Assembly (NCBI GenBank): GCA_046538485.1
Contig: JBKHIT010000005.1
Location: 95,039 to 159,038 of the forward strand
Source: Candidatus Brocadiia bacterium
GTDB lineage: Bacteria > Planctomycetota > Brocadiia > SM23-32
Direction: 5' to 3'
Length of the DNA stretch: 64,000 nucleotides
The translations under genes and the position numbers were made by a program. The notes under the pieces were generated by a model, which worked only from the letters and a program-made list of their open reading frames with translations, ran no database searches and was not told the DNA's origin. This document shows positions 29,792 through 39,667 of this stretch, in pieces (position 1 is the first letter of the stretch; each line of letters begins with the position of its first letter).

Positions 29792-31375
29792 CTAAGTCTG
29801 AGCCAGCATCTGCACCAGATCAAGCCCTCCGCTGCGAACGTCTTCCGGCGACGGAGTCCTGCCGGCGCGCATCAGTTCGGCGAAGGCGTCCATCTGCTGA
29901 TCGCGCTCCCAGGCGAGTGCTGCTTTGACGCTATTCTCGCTGACGTAATACGCGATGAAATCGTGGTCTTCCATCGATCCGTCAACGACGATTTCATCCC
30001 AGTCGGTGGCGTGGCCGACATATCGAACGCTTTTGAAATACTGCATGGTCCAGAAGAATGGGACGTCGCTGTAGATCTTTTGTTCACCGGCCATGTTTGC
30101 GCCGGCAATGCGGCCGGTTTGCAGCGCCACCCGCCAGTGTTCGATTCGGACCGGATCGCGTGTAACGGGGTTGGGGAAGCGGGCAACGTCTCCGGCCGCG
30201 TAAAGGTCGCCGCTGATACGCATGTTTTCGTCAACACCCACGCCGCCATCCTCATCGAGCTCGATTGTATCCAACCATTCGGTGGCCGGTTTGACGCCGA
30301 TTCCGGTGATGACGAGGTCGGCCGGGATTTTTTCTTCATTGTCGAGCACGGCGGCGGAGACCGCATTTTGGCCCTCAAAATGGTCGACGGTGTGACCGAG
30401 GCGGAAGTCCACGCCTTTGTTCTCGTGCAGTTCCTGGAACAGTTTACCTGTTTCGGGTCCGAGTGTGTTTTCGAAGGGCACCGATTCCGGTGCCACTACC
30501 GTTACGTCCAGTTCGCGGCTGCTGAGAATAGCGGCGGTTTCCATTCCGATGAAACTGGCCCCGATAATCACCGCATTCTCCGAGTTTTCGATTGCCGCTC
30601 TAATCGCATCGGCGTCCGCGACATTCCGGAGCGTGAAAACGTTGTTTTTATCGCTTCCCGCAATCGGTAACACGCGCGGTATGCTACCCGGCGCCAGCAG
30701 GCAGGCGTCGCACTGCATCTCCGTGCCGTCTTCCAGCGTGATGCCATGTCCTTCGGGATCAACCTCGGCCACTCTCCGTCCTGTCTGTAATTCAATACCG
30801 TGTTCTTCGTAAAATTCCACGGAACGCAGTGCAGGGGGCTTGCTTTCAGTGCCTTTTTTCTTCAGGTAAAACTTGCTGAGTTCGGTTCGATCGTATGGGA
30901 TATTTTTATCGGCATTCACGATCACGATTCGGCCGTGAAAAGCGTTCTGTCGGAGAGATTCAGCGGCTGCGCTTCCTGCTGCTCCCCCTCCGACAATCAC
31001 AAACACCCGCTCATCGGCATCCGGGTCAAACTCAGCCATCGGCATGGGCCGTGAGATCGGCGGCTCTTCCGGCAACAGGACGATAACGTCCGAGCCTTCA
31101 ATACGGACCTTGCATTTTGGCAGCCCGTCGAGAGACAGCGGTTCTTCCAGGGCGCCCGTCTTCCCGTTGAACCGTGCATGATGCCAGGGACAGCGGATAT
31201 GGCCGTCGCAGATGGTTCCTTCGCTCAGGTCCCCTCCCACGTGCGGGCATTCTCCTCCCACGGCGTGAAATTTGCCGTCCAGTTTGAGCAGAAGAATTTT
31301 AGTTTCACCGAGTTCGACCAGTTTTGTCTCGCCATCCTGCAGCTCGTGCGTCGTTGCCACCTTGTGTTCCGGCAT
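29792..31375 (-). CDS. Rieske [2Fe-2S] plus FAD-dependent pyridine nucleotide-disulfide oxidoreductase fusion (AIF-like/ferredoxin reductase)
   Basis: CPH...CPWH Rieske motif, GGGAAG, PYDRTELSK, GASFIGME, YAAGD, VPFFWT. Confidence 0.9.
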   Translation of the reverse strand: MPEHKVATTHELQDGETKLVELGETKILLLKLDGKFHAVGGECPHVGGDLSEGTICDGHIRCPWHHARFNGKTGALEEPLSLDGLPKCKVRIEGSDVIVLLPEEPPISRPMPMAEFDPDADERVFVIVGGGAAGSAAAESLRQNAFHGRIVIVNADKNIPYDRTELSKFYLKKKGTESKPPALRSVEFYEEHGIELQTGRRVAEVDPEGHGITLEDGTEMQCDACLLAPGSIPRVLPIAGSDKNNVFTLRNVADADAIRAAIENSENAVIIGASFIGMETAAILSSRELDVTVVAPESVPFENTLGPETGKLFQELHENKGVDFRLGHTVDHFEGQNAVSAAVLDNEEKIPADLVITGIGVKPATEWLDTIELDEDGGVGVDENMRISGDLYAAGDVARFPNPVTRDPVRIEHWRVALQTGRIAGANMAGEQKIYSDVPFFWTMQYFKSVRYVGHATDWDEIVVDGSMEDHDFIAYYVSENSVKAALAWERDQQMDAFAELMRAGRTPSPEDVRSGGLDLVQMLAQT

Positions 31376-31629
31376 TTCAACGCTCCTTTGAAGTTTATGG
31401 CGTTCGAAAGACCTTTCCCGGATACCAGAGAACCCGACAGTGGTGTTAAACATCGAATAAACAGTAATATCGTGGCGGTGTCAAAAGGAGACAGTCTCTT
31501 TGCATCGCGATGTTGTGCACCGTATCCTGATTCAGTCGTTTGTGTTCATGCGGAGTGACGGAGCGTAGCATCGGACACCAACTATTTGATTTTTCGGAAG
31601 ATTGGGGATTTGTAAAAAGGAGCAAACGG

Positions 31630-33198
31630 ATGCAGGAACATTCAATTTTCTGGGGCGAGAGCCACGATAATACGCATACTGCAGGCCCGCCACCGGGCGG
31701 AATGGAGAAGGTGCTGGAGACAGCAGCTTCGCACCTCGATTTCTATGCGGCCGCTTACTACACATCCTGTAGCCCTGCTTTTCAGCCGGATGGACATCTC
31801 TCAGAAAGCAATGCGAAGCATGAACTGGTTCTTGAGCGATGGAAAGATCAAGATCTTCTGGACCGCGAATGGGAGGAAGTCCAAGCAGCAACCCGGGATG
31901 CCAACAGCCCGGGCGAGTTCGTGACGTTCCCCGGTTACGAATGGCAGGGAGATGGGTCCGGCGGAGACCATAACGTCTTCGCGCCGGAAGAGGGACTGCC
32001 GATTTTCCATGTCGATACGTTGCCCGAACTCTATAAAAAACTTCAAGGCCGCGACGCAATTGCTATCCCGCATCACACAGCCTATCGACCGGGTTTGCGG
32101 GGACGTGATTGGTCGGTTTTTGACGAAGAACTCTCGCCGTTTTCGGAGATTTATTCGCTGCACGGCTGTTCTGAAACGGACGAAGAGTGGATCGGGATGC
32201 GCCATAATTCGCACATGGGGCCGGGAGTTGGGGGCGGAACCTACCAGGAAGCACTGGATCGCGGTTACCGACTCGGCTGCATTTGTTCGACGGACAACTG
32301 GGGCGCCATGCCGGGTCATTACGGGCATGGCACTATGGCCTGCCTGGCTCCAGAACTGAGCCGTGAAGCTTTGTGGAATGCGTTTCTTCGCCGGCGCGTC
32401 TACGGCGTTACGGGAGATCGCATCGAGCTTGATTTCCGGATCAACGGGGCCGAGATGGGAGACGTAATTACTGCCGATGGCGCGCGGGAAATTACCGTTG
32501 AAGCGGTTGGATGGGATGAGATCGACCGGATTGAGCTGTTACGTAACGGACGTGTCATCGCGACGCACTGTCACCAGGGAACATGGCAGATGCCATCGCC
32601 CGGAGAGACAACGCATTTCCGGATGCGGGTGGAATGTGGTTGGGGCCCGCGACCTAATGAGCTCCAACTTCCAGAACATCATTGGGACGGAAAAGTTCGG
32701 GTCAAAGGTGGCCAGATGACCGAATGGCATCCCTGCTGGGTATCTCCGGGACAATCCAGACCGGTTCTGAATGGCCCCGAAGCTGCTTTTCAGATGATTA
32801 ACGATTCGTCAACGGTTAACAAACGGTGGCAAAATTCAATTATCCTGGATTTTGAAGCGGCGGTGGATTCAGAGATTTCAATCGATTTGAACGGATTTTC
32901 TGATCAAGGTGCCGTGGGAGAGTGGGCTGAAGGCAGCCACGAATTGTGGTACCGGGATGACTGCGTGCGTATGCTTGAACGGGAAGTTGGCATCAAGCCA
33001 GGGAGCCCGGAGCGGGAAGATATTTACTATTTCGTTGCCTATATCGCCAAAATTCACAGGCCGATGCCTGAAGCAGCCTATCGGGCGCGGCTGGAAGTGG
33101 TTGACGAGCAGCCTCTGGAAGAACGCGCGAACTACCGGGTGCGGGTCGAACAACGCAACGGCCAGAGGGCGTGGTCGAGTCCGATATGGGTTGAGTAA
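31630..33198 (+). CDS. PHP-type metallohydrolase (DUF3604/CehA-McbA-like)
   Basis: FWGESHDNTH, FVTFPGYEW, IPHH, G.ICSTDN, YRVRVEQRNGQRAWSSPIW. Confidence 0.8.
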   Translation: MQEHSIFWGESHDNTHTAGPPPGGMEKVLETAASHLDFYAAAYYTSCSPAFQPDGHLSESNAKHELVLERWKDQDLLDREWEEVQAATRDANSPGEFVTFPGYEWQGDGSGGDHNVFAPEEGLPIFHVDTLPELYKKLQGRDAIAIPHHTAYRPGLRGRDWSVFDEELSPFSEIYSLHGCSETDEEWIGMRHNSHMGPGVGGGTYQEALDRGYRLGCICSTDNWGAMPGHYGHGTMACLAPELSREALWNAFLRRRVYGVTGDRIELDFRINGAEMGDVITADGAREITVEAVGWDEIDRIELLRNGRVIATHCHQGTWQMPSPGETTHFRMRVECGWGPRPNELQLPEHHWDGKVRVKGGQMTEWHPCWVSPGQSRPVLNGPEAAFQMINDSSTVNKRWQNSIILDFEAAVDSEISIDLNGFSDQGAVGEWAEGSHELWYRDDCVRMLEREVGIKPGSPEREDIYYFVAYIAKIHRPMPEAAYRARLEVVDEQPLEERANYRVRVEQRNGQRAWSSPIWVE

Positions 33199-33208
33199 AA
33201 GCGGTCTT

Positions 33209-34660
33209 TTACTGGATAATGGCCCGGGCGATGGCTTCGCAGTAACTTTTCCCTTGTTTGGAATACATAAACAGTTGACTTATCTCGTCTGGTGTCAGGG
33301 CTCGTTCCCACAACGCCATTTCGTCCAGCAGACCCACGAACTCTCCGGCATAGCCTTTCCCGAGGATAAGCGGGTATTCAGACGACGCAGCTTTACTGTG
33401 GACGGCGTTGTCTTTCGCTACCTCCCGCCCGTTTATGTACCAGCGGACCTGCATTTTTTCGAGATCTCTCACAAGCGCAAAATGGTACCATACCTTGGGT
33501 TTTAGTCTTTCTTTCGTTGAATAGGTTGAGTAAGGACGTTCGTTGTCCCCCGCCCGGCCGTACATGAAAGTCATCTGCCCCTTTTTGCCCAGGGTGATTG
33601 TTCCTTCTCCACCATAACATTTGTGGAACGGGTTTCTTCTTTCCTCGAAGGCGGCTGGATACATCCAGAAAGAAACTGTCATGCTACCTTCGATCTGCAG
33701 GGAGGCAGAATTTTTTACCATTACGCAGGCCTCGGGTTTGGAAAACTTGAGCGCGTGTCCGATGGGACCTTTCTGGGGAGTTGCTCTCATAATGTATCCG
33801 TGATTGTCAAAGGAACTCAGATCGCGGACGTAAGTCCCCCCTTCCCGTCGCGCAAAACGGTTCTTCTCAAACGAATAGGCAAGAACGATTCCGCGTTGTG
33901 GCGTGAAGGTATGTTTCTTTTCGGTCTCGGTTTTGTCCTCGGTCTTCTCAGGTTTGTTGTCCGCCGTTTTCTCTGTTTTTTTGTGATCGTCTTCCTTTTT
34001 TTGTTTTGCCCATGCCTTTTCAAATGCGACGAATTTGGCCTCGCGAGTGGGTTTGTAATTTGCCTTTCGGGCCCGAATGAGAGCTTTTTCGGCTTTCTCA
34101 AACTTTTCTTCCATCGCCAGCAGAACAGCGAACATTGCCTGATTCTGGCCGATGTCCGGGGGATAATCGCCAGCGGCCAATTTTAGAATTCGCCCAATCT
34201 TTATGTCGTTCATGCTGATTTTCGTTGCGGGACCATCTTCGTGGATTTGCAGGTAAAGCTTGCCACCTGTGACCTCCACAATTTTACCCTGCAACTGAAT
34301 GCCATTTTCAAGGCTGATGGGGTAGTTCTGTCCAATTTTACGGTTGAATGCTGTGTACCCCGCTTCCAATACCGGTTTCGCTTTTGCAATTAAATCTTTA
34401 ATCAGGGCCGCTTTTCCCCGATGTCCTCTCAGCGTGTTGTTCTTTTGGAGGGCTTCGATTTTACGTAGCGCCCCATCTAAATCCCTTTTGCGCCAGAGTT
34501 CCCGTGCCGGTTGCAACGCTTTCTGGACGCGGAGCTCTCCCCCAGGTGTCGGAAAACTGAAGATGATTAAATACCCTACGGCGAACAACAGTAATGTCGG
34601 AACTATATATCGTCTTTTAGAAACTCTCGATGTGATGAGTATACCCCTGTGTGAGTTCAT
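33209..34660 (-). CDS. Membrane-anchored protein with a C-terminal LamG/ConA-like lectin domain
   Basis: N-terminal TM helix. C-terminal DLSSFDNHG, MTVSFWM, WYHFALV, WYING, GLLDEMALWERALTPDEI. Confidence 0.8.
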   Translation of the reverse strand: MNSHRGILITSRVSKRRYIVPTLLLFAVGYLIIFSFPTPGGELRVQKALQPARELWRKRDLDGALRKIEALQKNNTLRGHRGKAALIKDLIAKAKPVLEAGYTAFNRKIGQNYPISLENGIQLQGKIVEVTGGKLYLQIHEDGPATKISMNDIKIGRILKLAAGDYPPDIGQNQAMFAVLLAMEEKFEKAEKALIRARKANYKPTREAKFVAFEKAWAKQKKEDDHKKTEKTADNKPEKTEDKTETEKKHTFTPQRGIVLAYSFEKNRFARREGGTYVRDLSSFDNHGYIMRATPQKGPIGHALKFSKPEACVMVKNSASLQIEGSMTVSFWMYPAAFEERRNPFHKCYGGEGTITLGKKGQMTFMYGRAGDNERPYSTYSTKERLKPKVWYHFALVRDLEKMQVRWYINGREVAKDNAVHSKAASSEYPLILGKGYAGEFVGLLDEMALWERALTPDEISQLFMYSKQGKSYCEAIARAIIQ

Positions 34661-34900
34661 TGTGCCTCCCTGCGATTTTGACCGACAGAGATAAAACCTG
34701 CAATCGTATCTGTGAGTCGTTTTTGTCATTTTTGATTATACGCGACGGAAATGCTGGCTCAAGCATTTTTTTTCGGACATCCCGCCTTTCCCCGCATCCA
34801 GTTGTTGCGCGCCGGTAACAATCCTCTTACCATGGCGGCTTCAGAAATGAAGAACCAGCCGATCCGTCTGAGATTGCAAACTGCTTCTGGAGGTGAATTA

Positions 34901-35284
34901 ATGCCAAAGATTTTGATCGAGGTCAGCGGAGAAAAGTTCGAAGGAGAACTCGATAAAGATCTCGCCCCCGATACCGTACGCAAGATTCTGAAAGCGCTTC
35001 CTATCGAAGCTGCGGCGAACACATGGGGTGACGAAATCTATTTCCCCATCCCCGTGCACATGCAAGCGGAGAACGTTGTGGAGACCGTAAGCGTCGGAGA
35101 TCTTGCTTACTGGCCGCAGGGCGAGGCGTTCTGCATTTTCTACGGCAAAACGCCGATGAGTCAATCAGAGGAGGAGATTGTCCCTGCCTCGCCCGTAAAT
35201 CCCATTGGCACTGTCCAGAAACCGGAGGGATTGAAAAAACATGGTCCCGGGGACCCTGTCCGCATCGAGCTTTTGCCGGATTGA
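34901..35284 (+). CDS. Cyclophilin-like fold protein (TM1367/DUF369-like)
   Basis: AP.T...I..ALP, NTWGDEIYF, GDLAYWPQG.AFCIFYGKTP.S, PASPVNPIG. RBS GGAGG. Confidence 0.85.
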   Translation: MPKILIEVSGEKFEGELDKDLAPDTVRKILKALPIEAAANTWGDEIYFPIPVHMQAENVVETVSVGDLAYWPQGEAFCIFYGKTPMSQSEEEIVPASPVNPIGTVQKPEGLKKHGPGDPVRIELLPD

Positions 35285-35343
35285 ACCCTGAAAAAGCATT
35301 ATCTGGCCTTTCGTTTTTCCCGATGCTCCGGAGGAATCCTTCA

Positions 35344-36879
35344 ATGTCGCCCCCAAACGTTTTGTGGATAATGACCGATCAGTTCAACGCGAACTGCATG
35401 AGTTTCCTCGGTTCCCAGTGCCGCACACCAAATCTGGATCGTCTTGCCGATGAAGGCGTCTGTTTTGAGCGCGCCTATGCCAATAATCCCATTTGTGCCC
35501 CCTCCCGCGCCTGTTTCTGGAGCGGACAGTATCTCCACACGCACGGACTTCAGGGGAATTACACCACTCTTTATCCAGAAAACAATCCCGACGCGATGCC
35601 AGCCCTGTTCCGACGAAACGGGTATCGCACGGCGCTCGTCGGGAAAGCCCACATGCCGCGCCTGTGGTCAGAAGAAGGTTTCGAGCGGCGACGTTACACC
35701 GATCTGATCGATGCCCTTCCGTCGGATCCGATGACATGTCATTATTTTCAGTACCTGGACGAGCGAGGGCTGGCCGGGTGGTACGAAGAAGGATCCGCGC
35801 GTCCCGGCGCTCCACGTCCCGACGACGGATCCCAGCCAAGTCATCTGCCCTATGAACATAGCATCGAACATTTCACCGGAGAGCAGACTCTCCAGTTTCT
35901 CGAAGATGGGCGCGACGACGATCGACCGTTTTTTATCCATATGAGTTTCCAGCGTCCCCACGGTCCAATCCGACCGGCCCCCGAATATTTTGGCCTCTAC
36001 GATCCCAGCGAGATTGAACTGCCCGCCAGCGCGGCCGATTGGTTTGAACGCGGTTTTGCTACGAAACCCGAGTTTATGCGGAAAGCCCTCGAAGGAGGAT
36101 GCGGCTACCCGCTGGCGGATTCGAACCCGGGTCCGCTCCGGCGGGTGCTGGCGAGTTACTATGCGCTGATCTACTGCATCGATATGGAGATCGGGCGAGT
36201 GCTGGACTGGTTGCGGGAGAACGGAGAATACGACAACACAATCGTCGTTTTCACGGCCGATCACGGCGATTTCGCCGGGGAACACGGTCTTTTCCACAAG
36301 AATTTCGGCATATACGAAAGCATCCACCGGATACCGTTTTTGCTGCGAATGCCGGACGGCCCGACAGGCGAACGGAGGGGGGGGATTATCGAATCGATTG
36401 ACATGTACCCGACACTCTGTGAGCTGGCAGGACTGGATACTCCCGATGCGGTCGAAGGCGAATCGCTGGTGCCGATGCTGCGGAACGAAGGGGGCGGTAA
36501 AAGCGAAACGCTCTGCGAGTGGAGCTGGGGCGGGCCCGTCAGCCGCATTAACGCGCTCCGCACCGACCGCTACCGGTTGGTCTACTACAGCCACGAAATT
36601 GGCGGTGAACTTTACGATCACCAGGACGATCCCGGTGAAATGGTGAACCGCTGGGGCGATCCGGATTACGAAGATGTGCGCCGGGAACTGACGGAACGGC
36701 TTTTCGACAGGGTGAATGAATATCGCGCCACCCTGGAAATGTCCGACGACGGAAAACTGCGGCGCCGACACCGCTACCAGCCGAGTCGTCTGGTTCAGTT
36801 CGGATGCGTGGATTGGGAAGAGTTCAAAGAAGTCTGCGAGAAGAACGCGCCCGCGCGCCCGCCCTCCGAAGAAGAATAA
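35344..36879 (+). CDS. Cys-type S1 sulfatase, cytoplasmic
   Basis: PNVLWIMTDQ, CAPSR, GKAH, SFQRPH, FTADHGDFAGEHG, GELYD..DPGE..N. Confidence 0.92.
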   Translation: MSPPNVLWIMTDQFNANCMSFLGSQCRTPNLDRLADEGVCFERAYANNPICAPSRACFWSGQYLHTHGLQGNYTTLYPENNPDAMPALFRRNGYRTALVGKAHMPRLWSEEGFERRRYTDLIDALPSDPMTCHYFQYLDERGLAGWYEEGSARPGAPRPDDGSQPSHLPYEHSIEHFTGEQTLQFLEDGRDDDRPFFIHMSFQRPHGPIRPAPEYFGLYDPSEIELPASAADWFERGFATKPEFMRKALEGGCGYPLADSNPGPLRRVLASYYALIYCIDMEIGRVLDWLRENGEYDNTIVVFTADHGDFAGEHGLFHKNFGIYESIHRIPFLLRMPDGPTGERRGGIIESIDMYPTLCELAGLDTPDAVEGESLVPMLRNEGGGKSETLCEWSWGGPVSRINALRTDRYRLVYYSHEIGGELYDHQDDPGEMVNRWGDPDYEDVRRELTERLFDRVNEYRATLEMSDDGKLRRRHRYQPSRLVQFGCVDWEEFKEVCEKNAPARPPSEEE

Positions 36880-36897
36880 AGTTATCCCGGAGGCAAC

Positions 36898-37482
36898 ATG
36901 AAACCCGATGAAATCCTCGACTATGTCCAACGCGCGCTTGAGTTTCTGATCGAAAAGGATCGGCCCCACGACGGATTGTTCCTGTCGATTATTGATTTTC
37001 AAAGCGGAGAAATGCCATCCGATTTGCCCGAGTCCGTCTTCGGCCAGAGAGATTGTGATCGGTCTCATCCGGGATCGAATCTGATCCACGACGAACCGCT
37101 TCTTCAAACACTTTACGCACTTGCGGAAAGCCAAAAACGTCCTGATTACACCGAGGCTGCGGACCGGTGCATTGAGCGGTTTGCCACGCATTGCACCGAT
37201 ACCATCACGGGGCTTTTCCCCTGGGGTGAACATTCATTCTGGCACCTGCTGGAAGACCGCGTGGGGAATGCGTATCGCAATAACCGGCCCGAACACGATC
37301 GACCGACCCACGATCATCTGCGTCAGGTGCCGGAGTGGCTCTGGAGTAAGTTGAACGAGTTGAATCCCGAGTGGTACGAATCGCAGATGGGTCCGTCGTT
37401 TTTGTTGCAGGGGTTGGCGAGGCTGGCGCTACTGGCACTTGACGGGGAAGATTGTCTCGGCCCGAACTACACCTATCGTTGA
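36898..37482 (+). CDS. Hypothetical protein, possibly an internally deleted remnant of a longer alpha/alpha-barrel protein
   Basis: RBS GGAGG and coding-like sequence (GLFPWGEH.FW, HDHLRQ, WYESQMG). Directly follows the sulfatase. Confidence 0.6.
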   Translation: MKPDEILDYVQRALEFLIEKDRPHDGLFLSIIDFQSGEMPSDLPESVFGQRDCDRSHPGSNLIHDEPLLQTLYALAESQKRPDYTEAADRCIERFATHCTDTITGLFPWGEHSFWHLLEDRVGNAYRNNRPEHDRPTHDHLRQVPEWLWSKLNELNPEWYESQMGPSFLLQGLARLALLALDGEDCLGPNYTYR

Positions 37483-37558
37483 AGACTGCTTGGCGTTACG
37501 ATCTGGAAACGGTTAAACTGTTGTTGGATTTCCTTAACCCCAACAGCGTCAATCATCC

Positions 37559-39445
37559 ATGGCAACACAACCTAGTAAACTCAAAAAAGGCCTCAGCCTT
37601 CGCCACGTCTTCTGTATAGCCTCCGGCGCCATGATCAGTTCCGGTCTGTTCGTCCTCCCCGGAATGGCGCACAAAATAGCGGGCCCGGGCGTCATCTGGT
37701 CCTATCTGTTGGCCGGTATACTTGCTACGGCGGGCGCGCTCAGCATTGCAGAACTTACCACGGCTATGCCCAAGGCCGGGGGAGACTATTTTTTCATCAC
37801 CCGGGGTTTTGGTCCGGGCGTGGGGACCGTGGCAGGGATTCTGAGCTGGTTTTCTCTCTCGCTTAAAAGCGCCTTCGCCATCGTCGGGATGGCCGGATTC
37901 TTAGCCCTGATTGTCAGCGTGAACGGAGTGCTGGCGGGAGGCATTTTGTGCGCCATTTTTGTGGGACTTAACCTGATTGGTGTCCGCGAAGCCGCCCGCG
38001 CGCAGCTATTCCTCGTAACCGGTCTTTTTGCGCTTCTTGCGTACTACGTCATCACCGGGATTCCGAAAATGAACTCGGAGCTGCTGGTGCCATTCGCCCC
38101 GCGCGGTTTGGTTCCCATTTTTACGGCCACGGGATTTGTCTTCATTTCCTACGGCGGGCTCCTCAACGTTGCGAGTGTCGCGGAGGAAGTGCGCAATCCG
38201 GGTCGCAATATCCCGCTGGGTCTGATTCTTTCTCTGGTATCCGTGACCATTATTTACACACTCGTCGTCGTGGTGACCAGCGGTGTGCTCGCAAACGATG
38301 TGCTGGATGGTTCACTTCAGCCGATCTCCGACGGGGGGCAGGCATTGATGGGCCGCACCGGATACATTCTGATGAGTATCGGTGCCATTCTGGCGTTCAT
38401 TTCCACCGCTAATGCCGGGATCATGTCGGCCTCACGCTACCTGCTGGCTCTGAGCCGGGACAAACTGATCCCGTCTCCACTTTCGAACGTCAATGAGCGG
38501 TTCAACACACCTCATATGGCGATCCTTCTCACCGGTTTCGTCATACTGTTGTGTTTATTCCTGGAACTGAAGACCCTCGTTGAAGCCGCATCCACCGTGT
38601 TGATTCTGACCAACATTCTCGCGTGTTTATCGATCGTTGTTCTCCGGGAAAGTGGATTGCAGAACTACCGACCCGCCTTTCGTTCTCCGTTGTACCCGTG
38701 GCTTCAGATTGGCGGCGTGCTCGGTCTGGGGTTTGTGCTGTCGGAAATTGGAATCGATGCCTATTTCATAAGCGCCGGTCTCATATTGATCGGATTCCTG
38801 GGTTTCTGGTTTTACGGTCGCCAACACGTGAAAAGGGAATCCGCCTTGCTCCATCTCATCGAACGCATCACCGCCCGTGAACTGGTAACGGGCACGCTCG
38901 AAGAAGAGCTCAAGAACATCATTCACGAACGCGACGAGGTCGTCAGGGATCGTTTCGACAAATTAGTTGAGACGTGTCCGGTGCTGGATCTTGAGAGGGA
39001 ACATGAGAGGGGGGAAGTGTTTGAACTCGCGGGCGAGGAATTATCGTCGAAACTCGGACTTTCCACCGATGAAATCGCGACGGCATTGGCGGAGCGCGAA
39101 GCTCAGAGCAGCACAGCCGTGAACCGCTGGTTGGCGATTCCGCACATTATTGTTGATGGAGAAGACAAATTTGAGCTGGTTCTTGTTCGTTCCTCGGGCG
39201 GGATATATTTTTCCGATGAGGCACCCGAGGTAAAAGCCATGTTTTTCCTTGTTGGGACGATGGACCGGCGCAACTTCCACCTGTTCGCTCTGTCTGCCAT
39301 TGCTCAGGTGACCGGGAATCCGGGGTTTCTGGAGCGGTGGTTGAAGGCAAAGAATGAGCGGGCGTTGCGGGACGTTTTGCTGCTCGGGCAACGACAGCGT
39401 TCCGACACTGAACGTCCAGGGCAGGGCCTCAATAGCGCGAGCTAA
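37559..39445 (+). CDS. APC-family amino acid permease fused to a C-terminal PTS EIIA(Ntr/Fru)-like domain
   Basis: GAMISSGLFVLPG, AMPKAGGDY, AEEVRNPGRNIP, about 12 TM helices. C-terminal LAEREAQSST..LAIPHII. Confidence 0.9.
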   Translation: MATQPSKLKKGLSLRHVFCIASGAMISSGLFVLPGMAHKIAGPGVIWSYLLAGILATAGALSIAELTTAMPKAGGDYFFITRGFGPGVGTVAGILSWFSLSLKSAFAIVGMAGFLALIVSVNGVLAGGILCAIFVGLNLIGVREAARAQLFLVTGLFALLAYYVITGIPKMNSELLVPFAPRGLVPIFTATGFVFISYGGLLNVASVAEEVRNPGRNIPLGLILSLVSVTIIYTLVVVVTSGVLANDVLDGSLQPISDGGQALMGRTGYILMSIGAILAFISTANAGIMSASRYLLALSRDKLIPSPLSNVNERFNTPHMAILLTGFVILLCLFLELKTLVEAASTVLILTNILACLSIVVLRESGLQNYRPAFRSPLYPWLQIGGVLGLGFVLSEIGIDAYFISAGLILIGFLGFWFYGRQHVKRESALLHLIERITARELVTGTLEEELKNIIHERDEVVRDRFDKLVETCPVLDLEREHERGEVFELAGEELSSKLGLSTDEIATALAEREAQSSTAVNRWLAIPHIIVDGEDKFELVLVRSSGGIYFSDEAPEVKAMFFLVGTMDRRNFHLFALSAIAQVTGNPGFLERWLKAKNERALRDVLLLGQRQRSDTERPGQGLNSAS

Positions 39446-39485
39446 AGCGGTCCACCGCGGCCCTCTCATCGTTGGACCACGAGGA

Positions 39486-39519
39486 TTTGGATTGCAGCGG
39501 CTTGCCACCGCAGTCCAAA
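39486..39519 (-). repeat. Imperfect palindrome (TTTGGACTGCGGTGGC-AA-GCCGCTGCAATCCAAA on the - strand), REP-like or bidirectional terminator
   Basis: 16 bp imperfect stem between convergent genes, with G.T pairs on the - strand. Confidence 0.55.
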
Positions 39520-39667
39520 AGAAAAAGCCAAACTAATGATACCGTTCAGAAAACTACGAAAACGATAAAACAACGGATTTTGAGGACGGTCACATTTATC
39601 ACGGGAGCCAGAATTACTGGCTTTTTCGGCTGCGCATTCGACGGGAAGGACACGTGCCGGCACGCAT

